Assembly (NCBI GenBank): GCA_963737265.1
Contig: CAVTRY010000023.1
Coordinates: 1 to 64,000, forward strand
DNA: 64,000 bases
Direction of reading: 5' to 3'
Source of the DNA: an uncultured delta proteobacterium
Lineage (GTDB): Bacteria > Myxococcota_A > Polyangia > Fen-1088
Part shown: positions 9,763-18,884 of the stretch, in pieces
Position numbering within the stretch: the first letter of the stretch is position 1
Layout of the letters: each line of letters opens with the position of its first letter
Position numbers and translations under genes: made by a program
The notes under the pieces: model-generated
Databases searched by the model: none
What the model saw: the letters and a program-made list of their open reading frames with translations, nothing else
Told to the model about the DNA's origin: nothing

Positions 9763-10791
9763 ATGCGAACCACCGTGAACCGTGTTGTCCTCTCGCTGCT
9801 TCTACTTGCGGCCGTGACTACTCCGCAAACAGCGCGCGCCGGGGAAAAGGAAGAAGCTCGCAAACACTACGACCGCGCCATTGAGCTTGTCGACGACGGG
9901 CAATTGCCAGAAGCAATCATCGAGTTCCAGCGCTCCTACGATCTCACGAAACACTTTTCGGTTCTCTACAACATCGGCCAGGTTTACGTCTCGCTGGCCA
10001 AGCCGGTCGAGGCGATTGCTGCTTACGAGGGTTACCTGGTCGGTGGCGGGAAGAACATCCCCGCGGCCAGGCGCGCCGAGGTCGAAAAGGAAATCGCCCG
10101 CCAGAAGGCCCGCATCGCGACTTTGGAAATTCGCGGGTTGCCCGAGGGGGCGGTGGTTCGCGTGGACGGGAAGGAGATCGGCAAGGCGCCGATGCCGCAG
10201 CCTGTGCGCGTGGGTTTGGGGACGCACATTATCGCGGCGTCGGCCGAAGGCTACGATCCGGCCGAGACTGAGGTAACCGTGGCGGGCGAGGACCAGAAGG
10301 TCGTGGAACTGACACTGGCCAAGCATGTGGCCGAGCCGCCGCCGCAAGCAGCGCCCGTGGTGCCGGTCGTACCTGTGCTGCCGGTGGCGGCCGCGCGCGT
10401 GCCGGCGGCAGCCAGTTTTCAGGTTGAGCCGTCCACAAAGCAGCGATCAGTCGGCAACACTCGCATCGCCGGGATCGCGAGTGGCGCGGTTGGAGTGGCG
10501 GGCATCGTGGCCGGGGCAGTATGCGGATTGACCGCAAGGAGCCGACACAACGAAGCCATGGACAATTTTGGCCTGAACTACGACAAGGCGTTGAGCTTGC
10601 AAGGCCAGGCGCAAGATTTCGCCACCGCCGCTGATATCGGTTTCATCGCCGGCGGCGCGCTGGTCGCGCTCGGCGCGGTCCTGTTCATTGTCGGCGCGCC
10701 AGATGGGCGCGCCGGTTCCGACACGCACGCGCTGATTCTGCCGGCGGTCGGCCCTGGCTTTGCCGGCATCAATGCAGGAGGGACTTGGTGA
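9763..10791 (+). CDS. Secreted TPR + PEGA domain protein
   Basis: Signal peptide; TPR-like LYNIGQVY; PEGA GAVVRVDG..G..P....GTH...AEGY; C-terminal hydrophobic segments and terminal Trp. Confidence 0.85.
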   Translation: MRTTVNRVVLSLLLLAAVTTPQTARAGEKEEARKHYDRAIELVDDGQLPEAIIEFQRSYDLTKHFSVLYNIGQVYVSLAKPVEAIAAYEGYLVGGGKNIPAARRAEVEKEIARQKARIATLEIRGLPEGAVVRVDGKEIGKAPMPQPVRVGLGTHIIAASAEGYDPAETEVTVAGEDQKVVELTLAKHVAEPPPQAAPVVPVVPVLPVAAARVPAAASFQVEPSTKQRSVGNTRIAGIASGAVGVAGIVAGAVCGLTARSRHNEAMDNFGLNYDKALSLQGQAQDFATAADIGFIAGGALVALGAVLFIVGAPDGRAGSDTHALILPAVGPGFAGINAGGTW

Positions 10792-12968
10792 TGACGAAGA
10801 TTCGTTTGCTCGCACTCCTGGCGACCACGGCTGTCGCCTGCAAGATCGATTCGCTGCCACCGCGACCAAGCCCTGATGGCGCGACCGACCTGGCTGGGGC
10901 CTCGGGAATGGATTTAGGTAGAAGCATAGACGGCGGGGATGCCGGCGTGCCGCAAGTCGATTCCGGCGGTTCGTTCGCTCCCGATCTGAGTGCTGGATCC
11001 GACAGCCCGTTAGACCTTCGGCCGGTCGTGGTCATTGACGTCGGAACCGAACCGGGTCCGGAAGCAGGATCTGAAACGGCATCGGGTGTGGAACCCAGGC
11101 CCGAATCGGAACCCGATGCGGCGGCCGATGGCGGGCCTGCGACCGATATCGATGCGACGGTGGTGGATGCGCCGATCAGCATGGGCGGCACTGGGGGCGC
11201 TGTCGCCACGGGCGGAACAGTCGCATCGGGGGGCGCAATCGGTAACGGCGGAGTCACAGGCACCGGCGGAGCCCCTGGGACAGGCGGAACGCCGGCGGCC
11301 TGCCAGGAGAATGCAACCAGGTGTTCGGGCAACGGCGTGCAGACGTGTGCGGACGGGCAGTGGGGCACGGTGGTCGTCTGCGGGACACGCCAGTCCTGTG
11401 CCGGCTCAGCCGACGCAGCAAAATGCACATGCAACGTGGATCCTGTTTGCAGCACTGTGGGCGAGACATGCGCAAGCGCATCGACGCTGGCCAATTGCAT
11501 GCAGGATGCCCAGGCCTGTTTCTACGAGTCGTCGGCAATCACCTGCTCGAACGGAGCGTGCAGCGGCGCGCCGGGATCGGCGGTTTGTTGTGGAAATGGG
11601 GTTGGGGCGAATTGTCTATCGAGCACGAGTCTTCAGACCTGCACTGCCGTGGCCAATGCTTGTCCCGCCTGCGCCAGCTCGACCTGTGCGAATGGGTGTA
11701 GTGGCGCGGCAGGCTCGGCAGCCTGTTGTGCGAATGCGGTTGGGACGAGTTGTCTATCGAGCACGAGTCTTCAGACCTGCACTGCCGTGGCCAACGGTTG
11801 TCCAACTTGCTCCACATCGACTTGTGCGAATGGGTGCAGTGGCGCGACCGGCTCGGCGGCCTGCACTGTTGCAGGTCCCCTGCAATGGAGGCCCGTGAAT
11901 ATCCCCAACCTGCCACCGGGGTCGGCCTTGCCAGGCTTGTGGACGGGAGCCCGTGGAGACATCTATGTCATGGCGACCCTTATTGCCGCCGCGCCGCCAA
12001 ACACGCCGGAAACCTGGATTTACCACCGCACGTCTGACGGGACGTGGAGTACCCTGCTTCACGTTACAGACGGCTACGGCACCTCTGGTGAGGGCGGGAC
12101 TGTGATTTGGGGCACCGGGCCTGCGGATATTTTTGCTGCCATGATGGAGTTTCCCTCTGGTACGTCAGGCGGTTGTGGGAGCGACTGCAATGCAAGGATC
12201 TACCATTCGTCCGACGGCTCGACCTTCGCGCAACAGACACTTCCATCGGGGGTGGGTAGTGGCCTCTATCTCGGCCAGTTCGGCGGAACGCCCAATGATG
12301 TATACACGACCTACGGGAACGGTACCTCAACCACTGGAATCTTGCACTACCAGAACGAGAACTGGTCCGTCGCCCAGGACTGTTTTGCAAGCACCAGCTT
12401 CAATGGCTGTGGCCCTCTTGCCTATATCGGACCGAACGAGATCTATTCGGCCACGTGCTGGGGCTACACAGCATGGGACGGAAGCACCTGGACGCCGCAC
12501 CCCGGCTTCGACTTCTGCGACATCGAGCCAATGTGGGGTATCCGCGACGTGAACGGTCTCCACCTGTACATGACCGGCGACAACAACTTTGGCAATTGCG
12601 AGAAGGTGTGGCAGTTCACGCAGACGGGCGCCATCGGTGTCGGCTCGTGGGGCAGTAAGTACGGCTATATCCAGCAGGACTGCAACGTCTCCATGTGCGG
12701 CTCGGGAACAGGCATGTGGGGCACGGCCGCAAACGACATCTGGGTCACCGCTAGGCGCGGCGGTTCTGGGTGTCCCGGGCAGGGCGGACACATGTATCAC
12801 TACAATGGCACATCGTGGCCCGAGGACACCACGGTCGGCCTGGGCACGCTCGAACCCTACGCGGTCTGGGGTACCGCGACGGATGACGTGTGGGTTGCCG
12901 CGCAGGACGATTCGACATCGGCCACCAAGGCACCATCTCAGCTCTTCCACTACGGCTACGTTCCGTGA
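10785..12968 (+). CDS. Large lipoprotein with Cys-rich repeats and probable beta-propeller
   Basis: Lipobox AVAC; Gly/Thr linker; Cys-rich repeats; repeated WGT..ND(I/V)W blades. Confidence 0.8.
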   Translation: MVMTKIRLLALLATTAVACKIDSLPPRPSPDGATDLAGASGMDLGRSIDGGDAGVPQVDSGGSFAPDLSAGSDSPLDLRPVVVIDVGTEPGPEAGSETASGVEPRPESEPDAAADGGPATDIDATVVDAPISMGGTGGAVATGGTVASGGAIGNGGVTGTGGAPGTGGTPAACQENATRCSGNGVQTCADGQWGTVVVCGTRQSCAGSADAAKCTCNVDPVCSTVGETCASASTLANCMQDAQACFYESSAITCSNGACSGAPGSAVCCGNGVGANCLSSTSLQTCTAVANACPACASSTCANGCSGAAGSAACCANAVGTSCLSSTSLQTCTAVANGCPTCSTSTCANGCSGATGSAACTVAGPLQWRPVNIPNLPPGSALPGLWTGARGDIYVMATLIAAAPPNTPETWIYHRTSDGTWSTLLHVTDGYGTSGEGGTVIWGTGPADIFAAMMEFPSGTSGGCGSDCNARIYHSSDGSTFAQQTLPSGVGSGLYLGQFGGTPNDVYTTYGNGTSTTGILHYQNENWSVAQDCFASTSFNGCGPLAYIGPNEIYSATCWGYTAWDGSTWTPHPGFDFCDIEPMWGIRDVNGLHLYMTGDNNFGNCEKVWQFTQTGAIGVGSWGSKYGYIQQDCNVSMCGSGTGMWGTAANDIWVTARRGGSGCPGQGGHMYHYNGTSWPEDTTVGLGTLEPYAVWGTATDDVWVAAQDDSTSATKAPSQLFHYGYVP
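11560..11865 (+). repeat. 138-bp (46-aa) Cys-rich tandem repeat, ~2 copies
   Basis: TGTCTATCGAGCACGAGTCTTCAGACCTGCACTGCCGTGGCCAA at 11613 and 11751; CLSSTSLQTCTAVAN twice. Confidence 0.88.
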
Positions 12969-13157
12969 ACGCAATACCTGGGAGTGGATGAGGCTGCAAC
13001 CGGACCAATGCAGAGATGATTACGCAGTAATTGCTCAATAGAAGCGGACCCTTAAACCAGGAGCGGAGACCATGAATATCGACCGACCCGATTGTTTCAG
13101 GAGGTGTTTGATTGCAGCCTTTGGGCTCTCTCTTGCGTGGCCGAGAGGAGTGAGCAG

Positions 13158-14054
13158 ATGGCAATCTTGACCAAGTCTCGGTGGCCTGGTCTCGGCCTCC
13201 TTGCTTGCATGCTCGTGCCCATCCTCGTGGCAGGCTGCGACCTCGAGCAGAAAGATTGGACGAAGGCGCAGGCCGCGAACACCATTGAGGCCTACGCGGC
13301 TTTTGTCGACAAGCATCCCCAGGGGCAGCTCGCGGACCTGGCGCGCAAAGAGATCGAGCAGCGAGAATGGAAGCTGGAGGAGTCCAGCGGCACGATCGAC
13401 GCCTTGAAGGCATTTATTGGCAAGTACCCCGGCAGCGAATATGTCGGGACCGCCAGGAAAGCGATCGACGTGATCGAGCGGCGGGCCAAGCTCGATGCCA
13501 TTCTTGGCAAACACGATGCAGAAGCGCTGAAATCGTTCGTCGCCGACGGGGGCAACGAAGGCGTTCTCGATCGTTTCAAGAGCGCCGAAGGCGCGACGCT
13601 GACCCTCGCTTCACAGCCGGACGAGGCCATGAAGGGTTACAGATTGCAGGTGACAGGCTCGAAGAAGAATGGGTCGTACGATATGTCGGTCGTCATCCCT
13701 TCCAGTGCAAAGTTGAATCTCAAGTCGTTCGGGTTCAGTGATGGGACCAAGTTCAAGATCGCAAAAGGGGCCGTGAGGATCGGTATTGTCAACGGGAAGC
13801 TTGCGCCCGTTGCCGCGGTGGGGGAACTGAGACTGGCGATGACGTTGAAGGACACGACCGTGGTGAAACTGGCATCCGAGTACATGGATATCGCGCCAAA
13901 CGTGTTGTTGCACGTGAGCGACTCCGAGGTTGTCGTCACTCGTGCCGACGAGGCAAGTCTCCAGCGCGACCTGGCGAGCAAGCCGTCCCCGGGAAGCGGC
14001 AGGGTGAAGCTCTTGGTGACCAAGGGGAAGGTGTACCTATTGGCATTCCGCTAA
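13158..14054 (+). CDS. Hypothetical lipoprotein with two helical repeats
   Basis: AGGAG RBS before ATG 13158; lipobox LVAGC; repeated W......TI.A..AF..K.P.....AR. Confidence 0.75.
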   Translation: MAILTKSRWPGLGLLACMLVPILVAGCDLEQKDWTKAQAANTIEAYAAFVDKHPQGQLADLARKEIEQREWKLEESSGTIDALKAFIGKYPGSEYVGTARKAIDVIERRAKLDAILGKHDAEALKSFVADGGNEGVLDRFKSAEGATLTLASQPDEAMKGYRLQVTGSKKNGSYDMSVVIPSSAKLNLKSFGFSDGTKFKIAKGAVRIGIVNGKLAPVAAVGELRLAMTLKDTTVVKLASEYMDIAPNVLLHVSDSEVVVTRADEASLQRDLASKPSPGSGRVKLLVTKGKVYLLAFR

Positions 14055-14200
14055 CCGATCGATGCTCGTCACCGAAATGAGATGTCGAGCGCCGCCATCG
14101 GCAGCAGACCTCAAAAATGATCCCCTCGTGAGAAGTTCCCAGCTGAGTGCGCAGACTCCGTAGAAAGGCCGTAAGAATGAAAAGGAGCGAGATGAAAAGC

Positions 14201-15332
14201 ATGAATATCGACCTGGCCAATTATTTCAGGAAGTGTTTGATTGACGTCTTTGGGTTTTCTCTGGCAATGCTGGCCAGCGGTTGCGGATTCGAGTGCAACC
14301 ACCAGTCCCGACGGCGGCGGGGGTACAGGTGGTGGAGGCATGGTCACCGCTAGCGGTGGTAGCGCTACCGTGGTCGACAGTGGTGGGGGCAGCCCGACGG
14401 CCGGCACAGGTGGTAGTGGCGCCACGGCAGCGACAACCTCGGTCACGACTCCCGAGACTCCCGACGGCGCGACGATCGCGGAGAGCGTGGCCGGGACGAA
14501 CGGAGGGAGCAGCGGCTTTGGCGCGTCCGACAGTGCTGCCAGCGGCGACACTCGGGCCGGTGGAGGCGACCACAGCGCGGACGCCGGTGGAGGCACCGCG
14601 GTCATCGGTGGCGGAACGTCGGGACGCTGCACCGGCTCTCCCGTCTGTACAGGTACAACGCAGGAGAGTTGCGGGTCGTTGTGCACCTGGACGGTGGCCA
14701 GCCAACCATGCACTCCCGGGACGCAGACCTGCGTTCCTGGTCCGCAGACGTGCGCTCCCGGTCCGCAAATATGCGCTGCTGGCGCGGAGGTATGCGGGAT
14801 TGGGCCGGAGAAGTGCGGGATTGGCCCGCCGGTATGCGGGATGGGTCCGCCGGTATGCGGGATGGGTCCGCCGGTGTGCGGGATGGGTCCGCCGATATGC
14901 AGCGGCGTGCCGTTGAGGTGCAGTTCTGGTACGTACACGTGCAGTCCTGGTTCGTACAGCTGCACTCCCGGTACATACACTTGCACTCCCGGTACATACA
15001 CTTGCACTCCCGGTACATACACTTGCACTCCTGGCACAGACTCCTGCACTCCTGGTCCGCAAGTATGCAATCCTGGCCCCCAGGTATGCACCTCGGACCC
15101 TCGGGCCTGCAGCGGGATCTGCCTGATTACGGGTAGCTGTGGAACGCTGGACGCTGTCACCTGCTCGCAACAACCAGGCTGTTCATGGATCCCAGAAACG
15201 GGCAGTACAGCGGGGCCCAACCTGGGGCCCAACCTGGGAGACGGAGGAAGCGTCGGCACGGGCGGTGCCACCGGCCCAGATGCGACGCCAAGCTTGTCGA
15301 GTACGGGTGGTGCATCGGCGATGGGTGGATAG
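14201..15332 (+). CDS. Cys-heptad repeat lipoprotein (frameshift near 14287)
   Basis: Signal peptide MNIDLANYFRKCLIDVFGFSLAMLASGC in one frame; Gly/Thr/Ser linker and Cys repeats in ORF 14241-15332. Confidence 0.7.
14709..15110 (+). repeat. 19 x 21-bp tandem repeat encoding CxxGxxx-type heptads
   Basis: TGC codons every 21 bp (14709, 14730, 14751 ... 15108). Confidence 0.93.
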
Positions 15333-15598
15333 CCTGGGCGGATCCTGTCGGTGGAGACCCTCCAGCCCTCCATCCCGAACCGAGGGTGCCCGTCTCCATC
15401 CCATCCCAAACCGAGGGTCGTGAAGAGGGGACTCTGTCTCTGCCAGGGCCGCCGGGATCCCGTCCCCTATTGTTTGGAGAGTTGAAAGGAGGGCGCATTC
15501 TCGTGGGTGTGAAAAGAAGACCGGGCATCAAGCCGGACCGCAACCAAGAATGGAATGCGCCATGAAGAAATGCACATTGGTGAAAGAAAGGGACTCTC

Positions 15599-15901
15599 AT
15601 GAATAGCAAGCGTGATCGCAGGTGTGGTGTTGTTTCCTTGACCGTTGGACTCGTGTTGCTCGTATTCGGTGGTTGTGGAAAACAGAACTGCACTGATGGG
15701 TGCAGCAAGGACGGTGACTGTGACGATGGCCTAATTTGTCTTGAAAGCTGCACGTCCCTCGATGGAATGGGGACTTGCACGCCGAGGATGCAGTGCGTCC
15801 CCAAGGAGTGTGCTCTGTGCGCCGGAAGCTGTAGCTTCAGCGAGGCAATTGGCACGGGCACTGGCGATAGCGATAGCTGTTCTGCGGGAACATGTCAGTG
15901 A
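15599..15901 (+). CDS. Small Cys-rich lipoprotein
   Basis: Lipobox FGGC, many Cys in a ~75-aa mature region. Confidence 0.7.
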   Translation: MNSKRDRRCGVVSLTVGLVLLVFGGCGKQNCTDGCSKDGDCDDGLICLESCTSLDGMGTCTPRMQCVPKECALCAGSCSFSEAIGTGTGDSDSCSAGTCQ

Positions 15902-16037
15902 GATGATGGTGCGTACGGCTCCACGAAGTACTTTCCCGAACAACCTTTCCCGTCCCCTGTCCGAGAAGCTGTTGCGTGGCACTCGTTGGCGAATTCGATC
16001 CGCGCGCACGAGATCAGGGCCGCGGCGGACGAACCGG

Positions 16038-16363
16038 CTACCCGCCTGGTTGCACGATCTCGATGTCGGGCTCGTCGCAGGCGAGGAAATCTCTTGCGTT
16101 GAGCGTGAAGAGCCGGCGAGCACGTCCCTTCTTCGCGCACGCCAGGATGTGGCCGTCGTAGGTGCGTCCGCCAGCGACCTTCCGCTCGTCGAGCCAGGCG
16201 AGCAGCGCCCAGATCTCCTTCGGTTCGAGTGCGACGACGGTGACACCGCGAAACGTGTCACCCAGCAGGGCGACAGCGTCTGCGGGGCTGATTCGATGGG
16301 GCGCAGGCAAGCGGGTCATGACCGAGTACGCTTCGACCAGCACGGGCGCGGGGACGATCAACC
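16038..16363 (-). pseudogene. PIN-domain (VapC-like) toxin, 5'-truncated by IS91-like copy B
   Basis: VLVEAYSVMTRLP...GGRTYDGHI...LFTLNARDF; N-terminal Asp strand replaced by IS sequence. Confidence 0.8.
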
Positions 16364-17593
16364 GGTAGAAGAATGGCACAGACCGCGACGAATTGGCTCG
16401 AACACGTGCTGCCAGCAACTCCCCTGCGACAGTTCGTGGTAACTTTCCCCTTCGAGCTTCGCCAGCGTCTGGCCTACGATGGCAAGACCCTCCGCGCGGT
16501 CGGCAGGATCTTCATGGACTCGGTTCTTGGATGGTATCGACGCCGAATGCGCGACGAAGGCATTCGCGACGGCCGCAGCGGTGCGGTCATGGTCGCGCAG
16601 CGGAACAACGCCGACGTGAAGCTTAACCCGCACCTGCACGCCATTTTCGTCGATGGTGTCTTTGCGACCGTGCCCGACGGCAAGCCGGTCTTCCACGCCC
16701 TGCCACGCCTCTCGACCGAGGAGGTCGGCGACCTCTTGCAGGTGGTGCGTGCCCGCGTCCTCGCACACCTCGTCCGCCGTGGCATCATCGAGCCTGGCTC
16801 CGACCTGACCGTGCTCGACGACGGCTTCGCCGAGCGCGAGCCGGCCCTGGCCCAGTTGGCCGCTGCCGCCGTGTCTGGCCTGCCGCCTGCTGGCCCCGAG
16901 TTGCGCCGCCGCCCCGAACCCGTGATGCTGCGCGGCCACCCCGGCGTCGAAGTGACAGCGCCCCTTTCCGTCACCGAGTTCGGGTTCTCCCTGCATGCTG
17001 CCACTCGCGCTGGCGCCGAAGACGCTCGTGGCCGCGAAGCCCTGTGCAAGTACGTGCTTCGCCCGCCCCTGGCCCAAGAGCGCCTGAGCCTCCTGCCAGA
17101 CGGTCTGGTCCGCATCACGCTCCGCAAGCCTTTCCGAGACGGCACCTACGCCGTCGACATGGATCCGCTCTCGTTGCTTTGCCGTCTTGCCACCACGATT
17201 CCTCCGCCAAGGTTGCATGGGGTGCGCTACTCCGGTGTTCTCGCCCCCGCCGCTAAGCTCCGCCCTCTGATCGTGCCGCTACCCCCGCCTCCGCCCCAGG
17301 GCGATGCCGCCAAACCCGCAAGCAAACCCCCTACCCATCGCTGCGCCTACATCCCGTGGGCCATCCTCGCCAAGAAAACCTTCAAGGAAGACATCGACCG
17401 TTGCCCGAAGTGCGGGGGCAAGATGAAGCTCAAATCGCTGGTGCAGGAGCCCGAGAACATCGCCAGGTTCCTGCGCCACCTGGGAGAGCCGACCGAGCCA
17501 CCACCCCTGGCCCCGGCGAGGGCGCCGCCCTACTGGAAGGTTCGCGAGCTGCGCCGCAAGCCCCATGCTCAGACCGATATGTTCCACGCCTAG
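16364..17593 (+). pseudogene. IS91/ISCR-family transposase copy B, 5'-truncated
   Basis: Near-identical to copy A from GGTAGAAGAATGGC (5314) onward with a few substitutions (N/D, C/R, T/K); lacks the Zn-binding N-terminus. Confidence 0.9.
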
Positions 17594-17749
17594 CCCAAGC
17601 AGCCCGTAGACCGCGCCGCCCGGGCCGCCGTCTGCCCGAAGACACCATTGCCGCTTTATGCTGCCGCCCAAGGTGACCAAAACCCTGTCCTCGTCCCCTC
17701 CTTCTTGGGCTCCCTCCCCGGGCTGGCAACCCCGTCCAGGCCCTTCTCA

Positions 17750-17835
17750 CCCGGTTTTCGAACTCTGGCCCCCGCTTGTTTCCCTTACGCGTCCCGGTTT
17801 TCGAACCCTGGCCCCCGCTTGTTTCCCTTACGCGT
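17750..17835 (+). repeat. 43-bp tandem duplication of the ori-side end of copy B
   Basis: CCCGGTTTTCGAAC(T/C)CTGGCCCCCGCTTGTTTCCCTTACGCGT at 17750 and 17793. Confidence 0.92.
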
Positions 17836-17963
17836 TCACTTCTCCTCCCGAACCCGCGGCTTGGCTCAACCAGACGTTTAATCCGGCCGCGCGCGAATTC
17901 AGCCAGTCAGGGGAATATCTATGGCTGCGGCCGGATCAAACGCCTACTTGTTGGACAGCGCCT

Positions 17964-18293
17964 TCACGCGGCTTTCACTTCTACTGTCAGTTTGAGACCG
18001 GCACCTCGGATTTGGTCCTGAAGCGCGAGCCTTACAAACTGAGCTTCACTCTGGTCAAGCGCCTGCGCGAAACGAGCTGCCCTTTCAGGGCTAACGGATC
18101 TCCGACCCTGCTCAATATCACAGAGGTGCGAACGCGAGACGCCAAGAAGCTTGGCGAACTCGGCGAGACTTCGCTGGTCAGATTCGCGCAGACCCGAAAG
18201 GGCTGCCCCCAAAGACAGCGGTCCGCCCATAAGGGTTTCGAGGAACTTCGACGCCCCTGCTCGTCCCTTCCCCTTCGTCTTCTTAGTAATCAT
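17964..18293 (-). CDS. higA: XRE HTH antitoxin (HigA-like)
   Basis: SLAEFAKLLGVSRSHLCDIEQGRR HTH, directly downstream of a RelE-like gene. Confidence 0.8.
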   Translation of the reverse strand: MITKKTKGKGRAGASKFLETLMGGPLSLGAALSGLRESDQRSLAEFAKLLGVSRSHLCDIEQGRRSVSPERAARFAQALDQSEAQFVRLALQDQIRGAGLKLTVEVKAA

Positions 18294-18558
18294 GTTTGTT
18301 GACCTCCTCTACGTAGACCAGCTGAACAATGCCTGCTTGGCGCTCTTGATAGATGGCCCTGTAGGCCGCGCTTAGACGAATCGCTCGGTACCCCTTCCAC
18401 TCTCCCTGCAGAAGGTGGTCTCGGTATCCTGGAATTGCCCGAGCGGCTGACAGACCTTCCACAGATACAAGATCCACCCACAGCGCGAACTTCCGGACGA
18501 TATGTCCGGGTATCTTCGCGAGTTGCTTCTCGGCTGTACTAGACAGTTCGACATGCAC
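18283..18558 (-). CDS. higB: RelE/HigB-family mRNA interferase toxin
   Basis: AEKQLAKIP...PGYRDHLLQGEWKGYRAIRLSAAYRAIY...VNKHDY; GTG start inferred from promoter position. Confidence 0.82.
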   Translation of the reverse strand: MHVELSSTAEKQLAKIPGHIVRKFALWVDLVSVEGLSAARAIPGYRDHLLQGEWKGYRAIRLSAAYRAIYQERQAGIVQLVYVEEVNKHDY

Positions 18559-18564
18559 ACACGC

Positions 18565-18592
18565 AGTGTACCCCATGTTGGGGAACAGTCAA
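18565..18592 (-). promoter_or_regulatory. sigma70-like promoter of higBA with palindromic operator
   Basis: TTGACT-16-TACACT; CCCCAACATGGGG palindrome in spacer; GTG 6 nt after the -10. Confidence 0.6.
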
Positions 18593-18884
18593 GCCCTCGC
18601 AGCGTCTGTCCAACTACTATTATCCCTCGAAAAATAGTCAATATGCTAACGATGGTCCCACGATCTTTCCGGCGAGATCAATCGAGGCGTGCCAGTGATT
18701 TCACGGACTTGGCTTGCCTGGCCTTCGGGCTGGGTGGCCGAATCCCCGTCGGATAAAACGGAGCTCGTAATGCGCCGCTTCCACCCTCACCCAGCTATTG
18801 TGACTCTTCGCGAATCGAAATGACCTATTTCCCGGAGCTGACTCCCCGTAACGTGTACGGTACTTGCGCAAAGGGTGAGATGCC

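Noticed and set aside
14709-15110. 21-bp repeats as a CRISPR array
   Set aside because: Contiguous in-frame coding repeats with no spacers.
15368-15418. Short direct repeat CCATCCC(G/A)AACCGAGGGT x2
   Set aside because: Only two 18-bp copies and no context to assign a function.
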